Shown here: positions 8,446 through 20,500 of the stretch, in pieces | Layout: the number at the start of each line of letters is the position of its first letter | Numbering within the stretch: the first letter of the stretch is position 1 | IMG/VR virus record: IMGVR_UViG_3300021375_000011 | Coordinates: 56,836-120,835 of that record | Length of the DNA stretch: 64,000 nucleotides | Direction: 5' to 3' (one strand) | DNA from: a virus | Made by a program: the position numbers and the translations under genes | Notes under the pieces: generated by a model | The model's database searches: none | What the model was told of the DNA's origin: nothing | The model's input: only the letters and a program-made list of their open reading frames with translations

Positions 8446-10680
8446 ATGGCAGAAAATTATCAACGCAGTGTAGGAACTCCAAGGGCTTATAAAGAAACCA
8501 AAGGTGGTATTCCTGCTCCTTCAGGACCATATATAGGTGAAGTGGTTAACAATGTAGACCCCACAAGAAGTGGGCGTGTACAGGTGTATTTAGAATACCT
8601 TGCAGGACCAGATAAAAACAACAAAGATTTATGGCGAACTGTAAGTTACATCACACCTTACTATGGTTTTACACAACAGAGTGCACCACAACCAACAGGC
8701 CCTGGAAGTTTTGTTGGAAACAATCACAGTTATGGATTTTGGGGAACACCACCAGATTTAGGTACAAAAGTAATTTGCTTTTTTGTAGACGGTGATCCTA
8801 CACAAGGTTACTATCTCGGAATGCCAATTGAACCAGGACTTAATCACATGGTACCTGCAATTGGTGCCAGTGAAAAATATGTCGATGACAGTAATTCACC
8901 ATTGTTTGCAAACAAACAAAAATTGCCAGTGGTTGAAATAAACAACAGTAACAAAGCCATTGCAGAAAATCCAAGATTTTTTGAAGAAACAAAACCAGTG
9001 CATAGTGTCCTTGCTGGACAAATGTTGTCACAAGGTGTCATAGCTGATCCACTGCTTGGACCTATAACATCAAACAGTCAAAGAGAGTCACCGAGTAATT
9101 GTTTTGGTATCAGTACTCCAGGAAGACCAGTATACTCAGGTGGACTAACAGATGCACAGTTACAACAAAAGATAAACAGTTCAACACTACAAGCAAATGA
9201 AGTTAATGTGATTGGCCGTAAAGGTGGGCATAGTATCGTAATGGATGATGGAAGTCAATCCAACGAAGATAATTTAATTCGATTACGTACCAGTGCAGGT
9301 CATCAAATAATGATGAACGATACACCCGACGGGCAAACAATACATATTATGCATGCTAATGGGCAATCATGGGTTGAACTAGGCAAAGAAGGCACCATAG
9401 ATGTATATGCTTCAAACAGTTTAAACATAAGAAGTGCTGGTGAAATCAATATGCATGCTGACAGAAATATTAATATTAACAGCGAAAATGGCAGTATAAA
9501 CATGAATGCTAAAGGTTCAATGAGTTTAGAAAGTTCTAGTTTAAACCTAACAGGAACAAACAGTTTACTCGCCTACAGTAAAAGCATGATAGGCTTAAAA
9601 AGTGATTCGTCATTGATGCTAAAAAGCAACACTGGCAGTTGGGGAGCAGGCTCAGGACTTACACTAGAAGCAGGATGTATAAAACTAAACAGCGGATCAG
9701 CTCCAGATGTCCCTAAAGCACAAGAAATTCCAAAACGTAGGTTACCTGACACTGCATTTAGTCCTCAACAAGGATGGATACCAGAACCAGCCGCAATTGA
9801 AACTATAGTGACACGTGCTCCGACACACGAACCTTATGCTGAGCGTGGCACAGGTGTAAACGCAACCACTAATTTGGCCAGCACAAGTGAAACGGTACCA
9901 TTGGATAAAAAAACACAAGACGCAGTTGATAACACAGAAAAAACAGAAATTAAAAAGATTGAAAAAGGCGACTACGAAGCACAAGAGTCAGCAAAAAGTA
10001 ATGTTGGAAAGATTGCTCCAGAAAAAGTTACCGGTATGTTGGCACAAGCAAGTAAAGAAGTGCCACAAGGATTCAATGAAATATCAAACACAGTTGGTGT
10101 TGGAAAATTTGGCTTCAGTGCTCCAGAGCTTGAAACTGCAGGATTCTTAAAACCAGGTACTAGTGACTTCTTCCTCAAAGATGCTACTTCAGACCTAAAC
10201 ACTGTGTTAAGCAGTTCGAGTGTGTGGAGCGGAAATCAAGGCATAAACGGAGTAAGCGACTTTTTAAACAATGAAGCAATACAAGACCTGACCAAAACAG
10301 ATTTGTTTACCAAAGGACTTAACAGTTTACAAAATGCAGGAATAGTTACAGGTTTAGAAAATGAAGCTGACCTAGCGGGACTAGTGAGCGGTGCGAGTAA
10401 ATTTGGAGTAGACGCAGTCAAGAAATGGACACAAGGCAGTGCAATACTAGGCAAAACTTTTAACGGTGCCAATAGCGGAAATATCACTGCAGGACAAATG
10501 AATGAATTAGTTAAGGGCGGGCAGTATGCAGTCAATCTTACCACACAAAAAATCAGCAGTGAAATACAAGGTTTTACAACTGGTACACTTGGCACAACTG
10601 GCACTGTGATAAGAAAAGAAATAGATACAGCAGTACAGTCAGTTATTGCTAGTCAAAAAGTCACTGGAATAGAAACATAA
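8446..10680 (+). CDS. gp5: Central baseplate spike/hub protein (T4 gp5/VgrG-like)
   Basis: N-terminal OB-fold motif IGEVVNNVDPTRSGRVQV, GHSIVMDD/GHQIMMND, beta-helix-like repeats; precedes gp25. Confidence 0.8.
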   Translation: MAENYQRSVGTPRAYKETKGGIPAPSGPYIGEVVNNVDPTRSGRVQVYLEYLAGPDKNNKDLWRTVSYITPYYGFTQQSAPQPTGPGSFVGNNHSYGFWGTPPDLGTKVICFFVDGDPTQGYYLGMPIEPGLNHMVPAIGASEKYVDDSNSPLFANKQKLPVVEINNSNKAIAENPRFFEETKPVHSVLAGQMLSQGVIADPLLGPITSNSQRESPSNCFGISTPGRPVYSGGLTDAQLQQKINSSTLQANEVNVIGRKGGHSIVMDDGSQSNEDNLIRLRTSAGHQIMMNDTPDGQTIHIMHANGQSWVELGKEGTIDVYASNSLNIRSAGEINMHADRNININSENGSINMNAKGSMSLESSSLNLTGTNSLLAYSKSMIGLKSDSSLMLKSNTGSWGAGSGLTLEAGCIKLNSGSAPDVPKAQEIPKRRLPDTAFSPQQGWIPEPAAIETIVTRAPTHEPYAERGTGVNATTNLASTSETVPLDKKTQDAVDNTEKTEIKKIEKGDYEAQESAKSNVGKIAPEKVTGMLAQASKEVPQGFNEISNTVGVGKFGFSAPELETAGFLKPGTSDFFLKDATSDLNTVLSSSSVWSGNQGINGVSDFLNNEAIQDLTKTDLFTKGLNSLQNAGIVTGLENEADLAGLVSGASKFGVDAVKKWTQGSAILGKTFNGANSGNITAGQMNELVKGGQYAVNLTTQKISSEIQGFTTGTLGTTGTVIRKEIDTAVQSVIASQKVTGIET

Positions 10681-10683
10681 ATA
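10676..10683 (+). promoter_or_regulatory. Late-promoter-like box 4 nt before the gp25 ATG
   Basis: CATAAATA-CGGT-ATG; no room for an RBS. Confidence 0.65.
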
Positions 10684-10687
10684 CGGT

Positions 10688-11068
10688 ATGACAACAGTAA
10701 TCGGATATAGCACAGTAGGTAGATATAAAAATTATACCCTTACTGATTTTGAACTCATTAAGGTAGACTTATTGAATGCACTAAACATCAGACAAGGCGA
10801 AATGCCTGGCAGACCTGATGTTGGAACTAGTATGTGGAGTCTTATATTTGAACCACAAAGTGCCCAAACATCAAAAGCAATTATCAATGAATTACAGCGT
10901 GTAGTTGCTCAAGATCCAAGAATAGAAATATCAGACATTAATGTATTTGCACAGGAAAATGGATTTTTATGTGAACTTGAAGTGCAAACTATTGCCGGAC
11001 AAGATGCAAATAGTTTAACTGTGTTCTTTGACAATCAAACACAACGAGCCGCGTTCTCAGACGTCTAG
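10688..11068 (+). CDS. gp25: Baseplate wedge subunit (T4 gp25-like)
   Basis: LNIRQGEMPGRPDVGT...IFEP...DPRIEI; 126 aa; between gp5 and gp6. Confidence 0.88.
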   Translation: MTTVIGYSTVGRYKNYTLTDFELIKVDLLNALNIRQGEMPGRPDVGTSMWSLIFEPQSAQTSKAIINELQRVVAQDPRIEISDINVFAQENGFLCELEVQTIAGQDANSLTVFFDNQTQRAAFSDV

Positions 11069-11069
11069 T

Positions 11070-11101
11070 ATAAACTACGTAGTTTATTTTAATGATAAAT
11101 A
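11070..11101 (+). promoter_or_regulatory. Perfect 18-bp palindrome followed by late-promoter-like GATAAATA
   Basis: ATAAACTACGTAGTTTAT (11070-11087); ATAAATA at 11095-11101; AAGGA RBS before ATG 11120. Confidence 0.75.
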
Positions 11102-11119
11102 CTAGGTAAGGAAATACAT

Positions 11120-14100
11120 ATGGCTAAAACTACAAGACAAACTAGTATATTTGGCGTTGAGGATTGGAAGAGAATTTACCAAACTTACCGTGAAGCAGAC
11201 TTTCAAAGTTATGATTTTGAAACACTGCGTAAAAGTTTTATAGATTATATACGTCTATACTACCCAGAAAGTTTTAATGACTATATTGAGTCAAGTGAAT
11301 TTATAGCACTGCTTGATGTTATGGCATTTATGGGACAAGCAGGTAGTTTTAGAAATGATCTAAACACTAGAGAGAACTTCATTGACACTGCTGAAAGACG
11401 TGACAGTGTCAATAGATTAGCAGAACTAGTAAGTTACACACCAAAGCGTAATACTGCGGCATCGGGCTTTTTAAAAGTACAAAGTATAAGCACCACAGAA
11501 GGCGTCATTGACTTTACTGGTGTAAATCTTTCAAACGTAACAGTAAACTGGAATGACACTACAAACGCAAACTGGCTAGAACAGTTTACAGTGATAGTAA
11601 ATGCGGCTTTAGATAATAGTCAACGTTTTGGTCGTCCTGGAAACAGTCAGACAATATTAGGCGTACAGACCGATGAATATGCACTTAACCTGATACAAGG
11701 GTTTTTACCAGTCATACCATTTACCAGTACAGTAAACGGAACATCAATGGGATTTGAGGCAGTATGTGCTACAACACAAGATGAAACATTTGTGTACGAG
11801 CCATCACCAGCTCCAAATGGTGCTTTTAATATTTTATATAGAAATGATAAACAAGGATATGCTAGTGCAAACACTGGCTATTTCTTCTTGTTCAAGCAAG
11901 GAAGTCTACAAGACTTAGATTTTAACTTGGGCGAGCGTATAAGCAACAGAGTTGTAAACGTAAACATAGAAGGTATTAACAATGAGGACACATGGTTGTA
12001 CCAACTTGATTCTCAAGGAAATATTACCAATGAATGGGACTATGTCGAAAACATTTACTCAGGCGCAGTTGAAGAACTAACTCCAGAACAACGTCGGTAC
12101 TTTACAATAAGTTCTCGAACAAATGATCAAATCAATTTAAACTTTGGAGATGGTGTGTTCAGTAGCATACCAGTTGGCAGTTTTAGAACTTATGTCCGTG
12201 CCAGTAACGGATTAAGTTATATTATCAATCAAGATGAGATGCAAAACGTAACCATCTCAATTGGCTATGTAAGTCGTACAGGTAGGAATGAAACACTTAC
12301 TTTTACATGTGCATTAACTCAACCAGTGAGCAATGCCGCCAACAGAGAAAATATTAACGATATAAAACAACGTGCTCCTGCAAGATATTACACACAAAAC
12401 AGAATGGTTAACGGAGAAGACTACAACAATTTTCCATATACACTTTATTCAACTATAATCAAGTCCAAGGCTGTTAATCGTAGCTCAATTGGTACTAGTA
12501 GATATTTGGATCTTGTAGATATCACTGGAAAATATTCAAGCACAAATGTTTTTGCTAGTGATGGATTAATATACGAAAACACCGCAGTACCTAGTTTTAC
12601 TTTCACATTTGTTGACCAAAATGATATTACAGATGTAATTGTAAATCAAGTCGAGCCGGTATTAGCAAGTCGTGGTATGCAAGAGTTTTATTATGAAAAC
12701 TTTACTCGACCAGACCTAGCAGTATTGAATTTAGACTGGAGTCAAAGCACAACCAGCAACAACGAAACCACAGGATTTTTTAGATTTGTCGCTAGCGGAG
12801 CGCCTGCACCGGTAGGACCGCAAGCAAGTGATAACAAAAAGTATATTGCACAAGGTGGATTAGTTAAATTTACACCTCCTGCAGGACAATATTTTACTGC
12901 TACGAATAGGTTAGCAGTTGGATCGCCAACGTTGCCTGGAGATAAAACAGTGTTATGGGCAACTGTAACTGCATTAGAACTTGACGGGACAAATCAAGGA
13001 GTCGGCAATAATGCAGATGGCACCGGACCTGTCACGCTAAACAATTTTATTCCTACTAACGCAGTACCAACTGAAGTTATTCCAAACTTTATTACAGATT
13101 TGCCAACTGCAATTGAAACCACAATGCGTGAAAACATTGAGTTATATAGAAATTTTGGGTTAGGATATGATAATCTAACAAGTACTTGGTATGTGATTAC
13201 TAGCACTAATATCAACAACGCAATAACATTTAGTTTAACATATGCACAGAATACATCAGGCACAGGACTGGATAATTCCTGGCTGGTTGATTTTACAACT
13301 GATGGAGTTACATATACAGTTAGCTCAAGAAGCCTACAACGCTTTTGGGCCAGTGTGTTAGAAACAAGATTCTTCTATGATGGCACACAGAAAGTATATG
13401 ATCCAAAAACCGGAACAGTTATAAATGACTTTATAAATGTGCTTAAAACAAACAACAAACCAGATTCAAGTACAACATTGAACAGTGATGAAGTATTAGA
13501 CATTATTGATCAACCTGTTGAAACTGATGGCTTTGTCGATGACTTTAGAGTGAGAATAAGTTACAAAGATTCAGACAATGATGGAATACCAGACAATCCA
13601 GACTACTTTACAGATCTTGTTGCTCCGACAGTGAATCCTAATAACAAAAGAATCTACTTGCAACAAACAGTTGACTTTGACAATTTAGAAAGATATTTGC
13701 CTCTCGCCTCTGGTGTAGTAATAGGAACGATTGCAACCAAAGATGCAATTGAACTTGTAAAAAGCGAGTATGCTGATAAACAAGTATTTTATGCATACAC
13801 CGATAAAAAGTTTTATCAGCTCACAGTTGATTATGAAGGTTTACGAACAATTACAGAGGTAACGGGTTATGATACCTATGTTGGCAGACAAGGATTATAT
13901 TTTCAATATCGTCATAACGCTCCATTAAGCAGACGTATTGATCCTGGAACAACAAATATTATTGACCTATATCTTGTAACACAATCTTATTATATTGCTT
14001 ATCAAAATTACATACGTGATAGTACAGGCACTGTTACAGAACCAGCAAAGCCTACAATAGATGAGTTAACAACCAGTTATAGTACACTAGATCAGTACAA

Positions 14101-14527
14101 GATGATAAGTGACAATATTATTTTGAATAGTATAACCTTTAAGCCACTATTTGGAACAAAGGCGTCAGTTGAACTACAAGCAACTATCAAGTGTGTGAAA
14201 AACACTGCAAGTACTGCTAGTGTAAGTGAAATTAAAAGTCAAGTTGTAAGTGCAATGAACACCTATTTTACAATAGAAAACTGGGATTTTGGTGATACGT
14301 TTTTCTTTAGTGAGCTTAGTGCATATCTGCATGATAGACTGGGAAGTATTATAAGTTCAGTGGTGTTAGTACCAACTGATCCTCTTAAATCGTTTGGAGA
14401 TTTATATGAAATACGTAGTCAAGCAAATGAAATATTTGTAAATGCTGCCACAGTTAATGATGTCCAAGTAATTGATGCACTAACAGGTAGCCAGTTAAGA
14501 ACTGCACCAAATAGCGGAGTAGTCTAG
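11120..14527 (+). CDS. gp6: Baseplate wedge subunit (T4 gp6-like)
   Basis: DFETLRKSFIDY...ENFIDTAERRDSVNRLAELVSYTP, FGDG, ENINDIKQRAP..YYTQNRMVNGEDY. Confidence 0.9.
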   Translation: MAKTTRQTSIFGVEDWKRIYQTYREADFQSYDFETLRKSFIDYIRLYYPESFNDYIESSEFIALLDVMAFMGQAGSFRNDLNTRENFIDTAERRDSVNRLAELVSYTPKRNTAASGFLKVQSISTTEGVIDFTGVNLSNVTVNWNDTTNANWLEQFTVIVNAALDNSQRFGRPGNSQTILGVQTDEYALNLIQGFLPVIPFTSTVNGTSMGFEAVCATTQDETFVYEPSPAPNGAFNILYRNDKQGYASANTGYFFLFKQGSLQDLDFNLGERISNRVVNVNIEGINNEDTWLYQLDSQGNITNEWDYVENIYSGAVEELTPEQRRYFTISSRTNDQINLNFGDGVFSSIPVGSFRTYVRASNGLSYIINQDEMQNVTISIGYVSRTGRNETLTFTCALTQPVSNAANRENINDIKQRAPARYYTQNRMVNGEDYNNFPYTLYSTIIKSKAVNRSSIGTSRYLDLVDITGKYSSTNVFASDGLIYENTAVPSFTFTFVDQNDITDVIVNQVEPVLASRGMQEFYYENFTRPDLAVLNLDWSQSTTSNNETTGFFRFVASGAPAPVGPQASDNKKYIAQGGLVKFTPPAGQYFTATNRLAVGSPTLPGDKTVLWATVTALELDGTNQGVGNNADGTGPVTLNNFIPTNAVPTEVIPNFITDLPTAIETTMRENIELYRNFGLGYDNLTSTWYVITSTNINNAITFSLTYAQNTSGTGLDNSWLVDFTTDGVTYTVSSRSLQRFWASVLETRFFYDGTQKVYDPKTGTVINDFINVLKTNNKPDSSTTLNSDEVLDIIDQPVETDGFVDDFRVRISYKDSDNDGIPDNPDYFTDLVAPTVNPNNKRIYLQQTVDFDNLERYLPLASGVVIGTIATKDAIELVKSEYADKQVFYAYTDKKFYQLTVDYEGLRTITEVTGYDTYVGRQGLYFQYRHNAPLSRRIDPGTTNIIDLYLVTQSYYIAYQNYIRDSTGTVTEPAKPTIDELTTSYSTLDQYKMISDNIILNSITFKPLFGTKASVELQATIKCVKNTASTASVSEIKSQVVSAMNTYFTIENWDFGDTFFFSELSAYLHDRLGSIISSVVLVPTDPLKSFGDLYEIRSQANEIFVNAATVNDVQVIDALTGSQLRTAPNSGVV

Positions 14528-14528
14528 T

Positions 14529-17500
14529 ATGGCTAAGCGTATACGCTCAGAAGATTTCTTACCAGAAATATTTCAAACACCTGCTAACAAGCAGTTGTTA
14601 CGTAGTACACTGGATCAACTTACACAAAATCCAAAACTTAAACCTACTGAAGGTTACATTGGGCGTAAGATTGGCCCTGGCGTCACTGCATCAGACAGTT
14701 ATGTGCTTGAGCCGACAACAACACGTAGCAATTATCAATTGGAACCGGGAGTTGTACAAACAAACGACAACGGTACTGAAGTTTTAAACACTATTACCTA
14801 TCCGGGTATAATTGACAGTTTACAATTACAAGGTGCAAATACTACACGGCATGACAGATTATTTGACAGTGAATATTATAGTTTTGATCCAATGGTTGAT
14901 TTTGACAAATATGTCAACTTTGGACAGTATTACTGGGTACCAGCTGGTCCTGATAGTGTAAGTGTATTTGCAAATGCAATTCCTATACGTGCGGACTATG
15001 ATGTAAAATATGTAAACACAGGTTATACATTTTCAGGATATGCAGGCACGTTACCTACAATTAATCTTGCTAGGCAAGGTGAGTATAATTTTAACGTAAG
15101 CGATAGTGGGCGTAATTTTTGGATTCAAAGTCAACCTGGTACAAGCGGTGTCCTATCACAACAACCAAACCAAAGCTCAAGAGAAGTATTAGGTGTAACA
15201 AACAACGGCGATGACTTTGGCACAGTGACATTTAACGTTCCAAGTAATACTGCACAAAATTTTTATTTTACACTTGCTGATATCGGAAGCACAGATTTAC
15301 TCGAAGACACATTACAGTTCAATCAAATTAACAATGTGTTTGTTGATGTGTTTTTAGAAGAGCATGGCGGCATTGACGGCATCACTGACTTACAAGATCG
15401 TACACTTATTATTACCACTGATACTGACACTGGTTGGGAAATACTTACTCCGTTTGATGATACATTGTTTGACCAAGACGACCCTGGTATACCTAATCCA
15501 GGCTTTGACAATAGTGTAGCGTTGGCAACTGACCCAGAGCGTTATGTGCAATGGAGAATAAGTTACAACTATGAAAATCCAACACGTCCTTTTATGGAAC
15601 TTACAAAAGTACAAGACATTGCAAATCTAAGCAAAAGCATTATCAACTATGGTACAGACTATGCTGGCGTAACTTTTTACAAAAATGCTGATGGTGTATT
15701 TGAAAGACAACCTCTTATCACTGCAAACTTAGATATACTTTACTATCAAGATGCAAGTGATGAATTAAATTTTGGCATAATAAGATTAGTTGATCAAGCA
15801 AACATTTCAGATTTGAATGTTGACGAAGATATTGTTGGAAAGAAAACGTATACGTCACCAAACGGAGTTATTTTTACTAATGGATTGAAAGTTGAATTCA
15901 CAGGACAAATTGTTCCTGCAAGTTACGAAGGAAATCAATATTATGTAGAAGGTGTTGGAACTGCAATTGAATTACTTCCAGTAACTGATTTTGTAACTCC
16001 TGAAACCTATACTATAAGTGCAAGTGTTCCTTTTGACAGTTTATCCTTTGACGAAGGTGGATATGATGCAACTTCTAATGCTCCTACTGCACAAGATTAT
16101 ATGTTAATAAACAGAGCTAGTCTTGATCAAAATGCATGGAGTCGTGGCAACAGATGGTTTCACATAGATGTATTAAGTGCTACTGCAACATATAACAATG
16201 TTGCCTTGGACATAGATAACAATGCTAGAGCCAAACGACCAATACTTGAATTTAGAAAAAGTTTAAAATTATTCAACTATGGAACCCTAGCAACAGAGCC
16301 AGTTGATATTATTGATTTTACACAAACAAACGCTTTTCAAAATGTCAACGGAAGCATAGGTTACAGTGTTGATGGATACACACTTATACAAGGCTCAAGA
16401 ATTATATTTGCCAATGATAGTGATCCACAAGTTAAAAATAAAATCTATACTGTAAATTTTGTAGACTTTGAAGACAGTAGTGTAAAGACAATTGATCTAC
16501 AGGCTGCTAGTCTAACATCACCAGAAGTACCAACAAACACAAATGTTGTTGTGCTAAGTGGTACTACTGAACAAGGAAAAAGTTATTGGTTCAACGGAAC
16601 AACATGGGTAAGTGGGCAACAAAAAACTGATACAAATCAACCACCACTTTTTGATGTATACGATGCAAACGGTTATAGTCTCAGTGATACATCAGTGTAT
16701 CCTAGTACAACATTTATAGGAACAAAAATATTCAGTTACGCAGTTGGAACTGGCGCCACTGACACCATTATTGAACAACCTTTGAAATATTTTTCAATCA
16801 GTAATGTTGGAGATATTGTATTTGATAATAACTTATATACAGATACATTTACCTACGTAAAAAATGCAACAAGTTCAACACAAAAAATTGACACAGGTAT
16901 TATTCGACAGTACGATACAATATCAACTTTTGATAAGTTACTTGGATGGCAAACACATTTTGATACAAGTGTACAACGCCAAAGTTTTACTTTTGATTAT
17001 GCAGGTATTCCGTTAGTTTTAGATGTGCCAGTTATTACAGATACTGCAAAAATACCTGTAAAAGTTTTTGTTGACGGACAGTTTGTACTTGCAAACACAT
17101 ATACCTATACTACCAATACAGACAACGTCACTGTAATTACTTTCAATGCAAATGTTGTAGGACAACCTGCTACTGAGCCTGCAACAGGTGCAGTGGTTGA
17201 AATTCAAGTTATAAGCAACAGTGCAAGTACAATTGGTTTTTATACTATTCCTAGTAACTTAGAATCAAACGCTTTGAACAAGAACAGTGAAAATTTTACA
17301 CTTGGAACTGTACGTACACACTATGAAAGTATTTGTCAAAACTTAGAAGAGTTTAGTGGTAAGATACACGGATCAAATAATGTACGTGATCTTGGCAATG
17401 TTGTACCATATGGCAATTTAATATTACAACAAAGTGCGCCACTAACAATGACTACTCCGTTTATTAACGGCAGAGAGTTTGAGTACTTCCGTGCATTAGA

Positions 17501-20500
17501 ATTTAACAGTCAAGAATATGCAAAAACTAAAAACAAAATTTTAGATTTTGTTGCAAATAACGATTGGTCAGGTAAAACTACTGCAACCATATTAGACACT
17601 ACCTTACTATCTGTAAACGCCGGAAAGACTGCAAATGCACCATTTTATTGGACTGATGCAATTCCAAGTGGTAACGAATTTGAAACAACAACATATACTT
17701 TTAGTCCTATATCAACATATGTGTTTGACACTCTTTACAGTTATGATTTTACAAGTGCCAATTACAACGGCATATTAGTTTATCTCACTCCAAAAAGCAC
17801 TGGCATACAAACTATATTAGTTGGAGATGGTGACGAATACACAGTAGCCACCGATGGTCCTCGTATTACAATTAACAGTGAAAAGATCACGCTGGAAAAT
17901 GATGATATTATTACCATTCGCGAATATACTGCAACTTATGGAAGTTATATTCCAGCCACTCCGAGTATGCTTGGACTTTACCCAGTGTATCTTCCGCAAT
18001 CGTTTGTGGACAACACTTATGTGACTCCTACAACTGTTATTCAAGGTCATGATGGAAGTTTAACCGTTGCTTGGGAAACTGGCGATTACAGAAACGATGT
18101 ATTACTTGAATTAGAAAAACGTATCTACAACAATATTAAAATTAGTGTTGCTGAAAAGTACGATCCACCGTTAAGATCTAGCGATGTCATACCTGGACAG
18201 TTCAGAACAACGGCGTACACGCTTACAGAAATAAACAACATATTAAACACCAGTTTCCTTGCATGGGTTGGTGCTAACCGTGTGCCATATAAAGATCAAA
18301 CATATAATGCTGATGATCAGTTTACATGGAATTATAGTAACAGTCAAAACAGACTAGATGGAGATCCACTGTTAGGGTTCTGGAGAGGCATATATTTTGA
18401 TCTCTATGACACTGATAGTCCACATACACGTCCATGGGAAATGGTAGGACTTAGTGTTGAGCCAAGTTGGTGGAATACTAGATATGGTCCAGCACCCTAT
18501 ACAAGTGGTAACACTGTATTATGGGACGATATGGCAAAAGGAATTATTGCATACCCAACAGGTAATGTTGTAGTAGAAGATTTTGTTCGTCCACAATTGC
18601 TCGAGTGTTTACCAACAGATTCACAAGGTAATCTTGTAAGTCCAATGCAAAGTATTGTTGGTAGTTACGATTCAGGCAGTTTTGTAAAAAGTTGGATAGC
18701 AGGTGATTATGCTCCAACACAGACTGCGTGGAGAAGAAGTAGTAATTATCCCTTTGCAATACAGAGATTATTAGCACTTACAGAACCAGCAAAATATTTT
18801 AGTTTGTTTGCTGACAGAGACCTATACAAATACAACACAGATTACAATCAATATTTGTACAACGATAGATTTAGAATTGAATCATCAGAACTTGTAATTT
18901 ATGGCAACGGAACCAGTAAGAATAGTTACATAAATTTTGTTGTAGACTACAATAGAGTAACAGGTATAGATAGCACTGTTGTGGTTACAGACAAACTGGC
19001 TAATCTTGATGTTAGATTATGCTATAGAATGGCTAGTTTTAGTGATAAGTCATACCTAAAGATTTTTAGCGAAAAGTCATCGCCAAATAGTTTAAACAGT
19101 AGTTTGCTTTTACCAGATGAGAGTTACAATTTATTTTTATATAAAAATCCTAGTTTTGCTGAAATACAATTTAGTGCAGTAACAGTACAAAGAACAAGTG
19201 CAGGATATTCAGTATCAGGTTACTCAACAACAAAGCCATATTTTGAAATACTACAAAGTGTTCCAACTGGCAAATTTACTAGTATAGACGTAAATGGACA
19301 ACAGAGCAGAATTAATAATTCTTATAGCGACAATGTTGTGCAAGTGCCTTATGGATATACTTTTACAAGCACTAATGCAGTTGTAGATTTCCTTAGCAGT
19401 TACGGAGCATTATTACAAAAGCAAGGATTGCAATTTGATAGCCAAGTTAATGATACAATTGTTAACTGGACACAGATGGCAAGAGAGTTTTTATACTGGG
19501 TAGGGCAAAGCTGGACAGTCGGTAGTTTAATCAATCTCAATCCTGGTGCAGATATACTAAAGTTACAACGTGACTTTGCAGTTGTTGAAAGTTTAAACAA
19601 TGAAAACATAAACGACATTATGCTTGATCAAAACTTTGAGCCTCTGTTTGGTAAGGACTATGCAGTAGAACGCTTGGACAACGAACTTAAACTTATAGGA
19701 CTAAACAATCAAACATTTAGTTTTCTGAATGCAAGATATACGTCCTACGAACACATTATTGTATTTGATAATGTAAGTATTTTTAATGATTTAATTTATA
19801 ATCCAGTCACTGGAGCAAGGCAGAACAGACTGTTGTTAAACGGCAACACTGTTTTTGATTGGAACGGTACACTTGATGCACAAGGATTTATTCTTAACCA
19901 AGATAATATCAAAGAATGGGTAGCAAATCAGTCTTACACAAAAGGACAGATTGTGTTGTACAAAGAAGCATACTGGAGTGCAACAAGATTGTTGTCACCA
20001 AATCCAGAATTTGTGTTTGCTGATTGGATCAAGAGTGACTACGATAAGATACAAACTGGATTATTGCCTAACATTGCAACTAAAGCAGATGCACTACGTG
20101 AAAACTATGATATCAACACTGCAAATTTAGAAAGCGATGCAACGTTACTAGGATTAGGACTAATTGGTTTCCGTCCAAGACAGTATATGCAGAACCTAAA
20201 CTTAGATGACATTTCGCAAGCAGGATTGTATTCACAGTTTCTAGGTACAAAAGGCACATTAGGTGCAGCGGAACAATTTAAATCTGCTAACCTCGGCAAA
20301 GAAGAAGCTGAATATGACATACGAGAGAACTGGGCAATACAACGTGGCATTTATGGAGCTAATGCAAATAGAAGTTACTTTGAGTTAAGATTAGACGAAA
20401 GCAAACTTCTTGGAAATCCAAGCACTGTTGCAGTTATAGACCCAGGTGAGATAACCACTGCAAATCAAGAAATATTATTAGAAAATATTTGGAAACAAAG

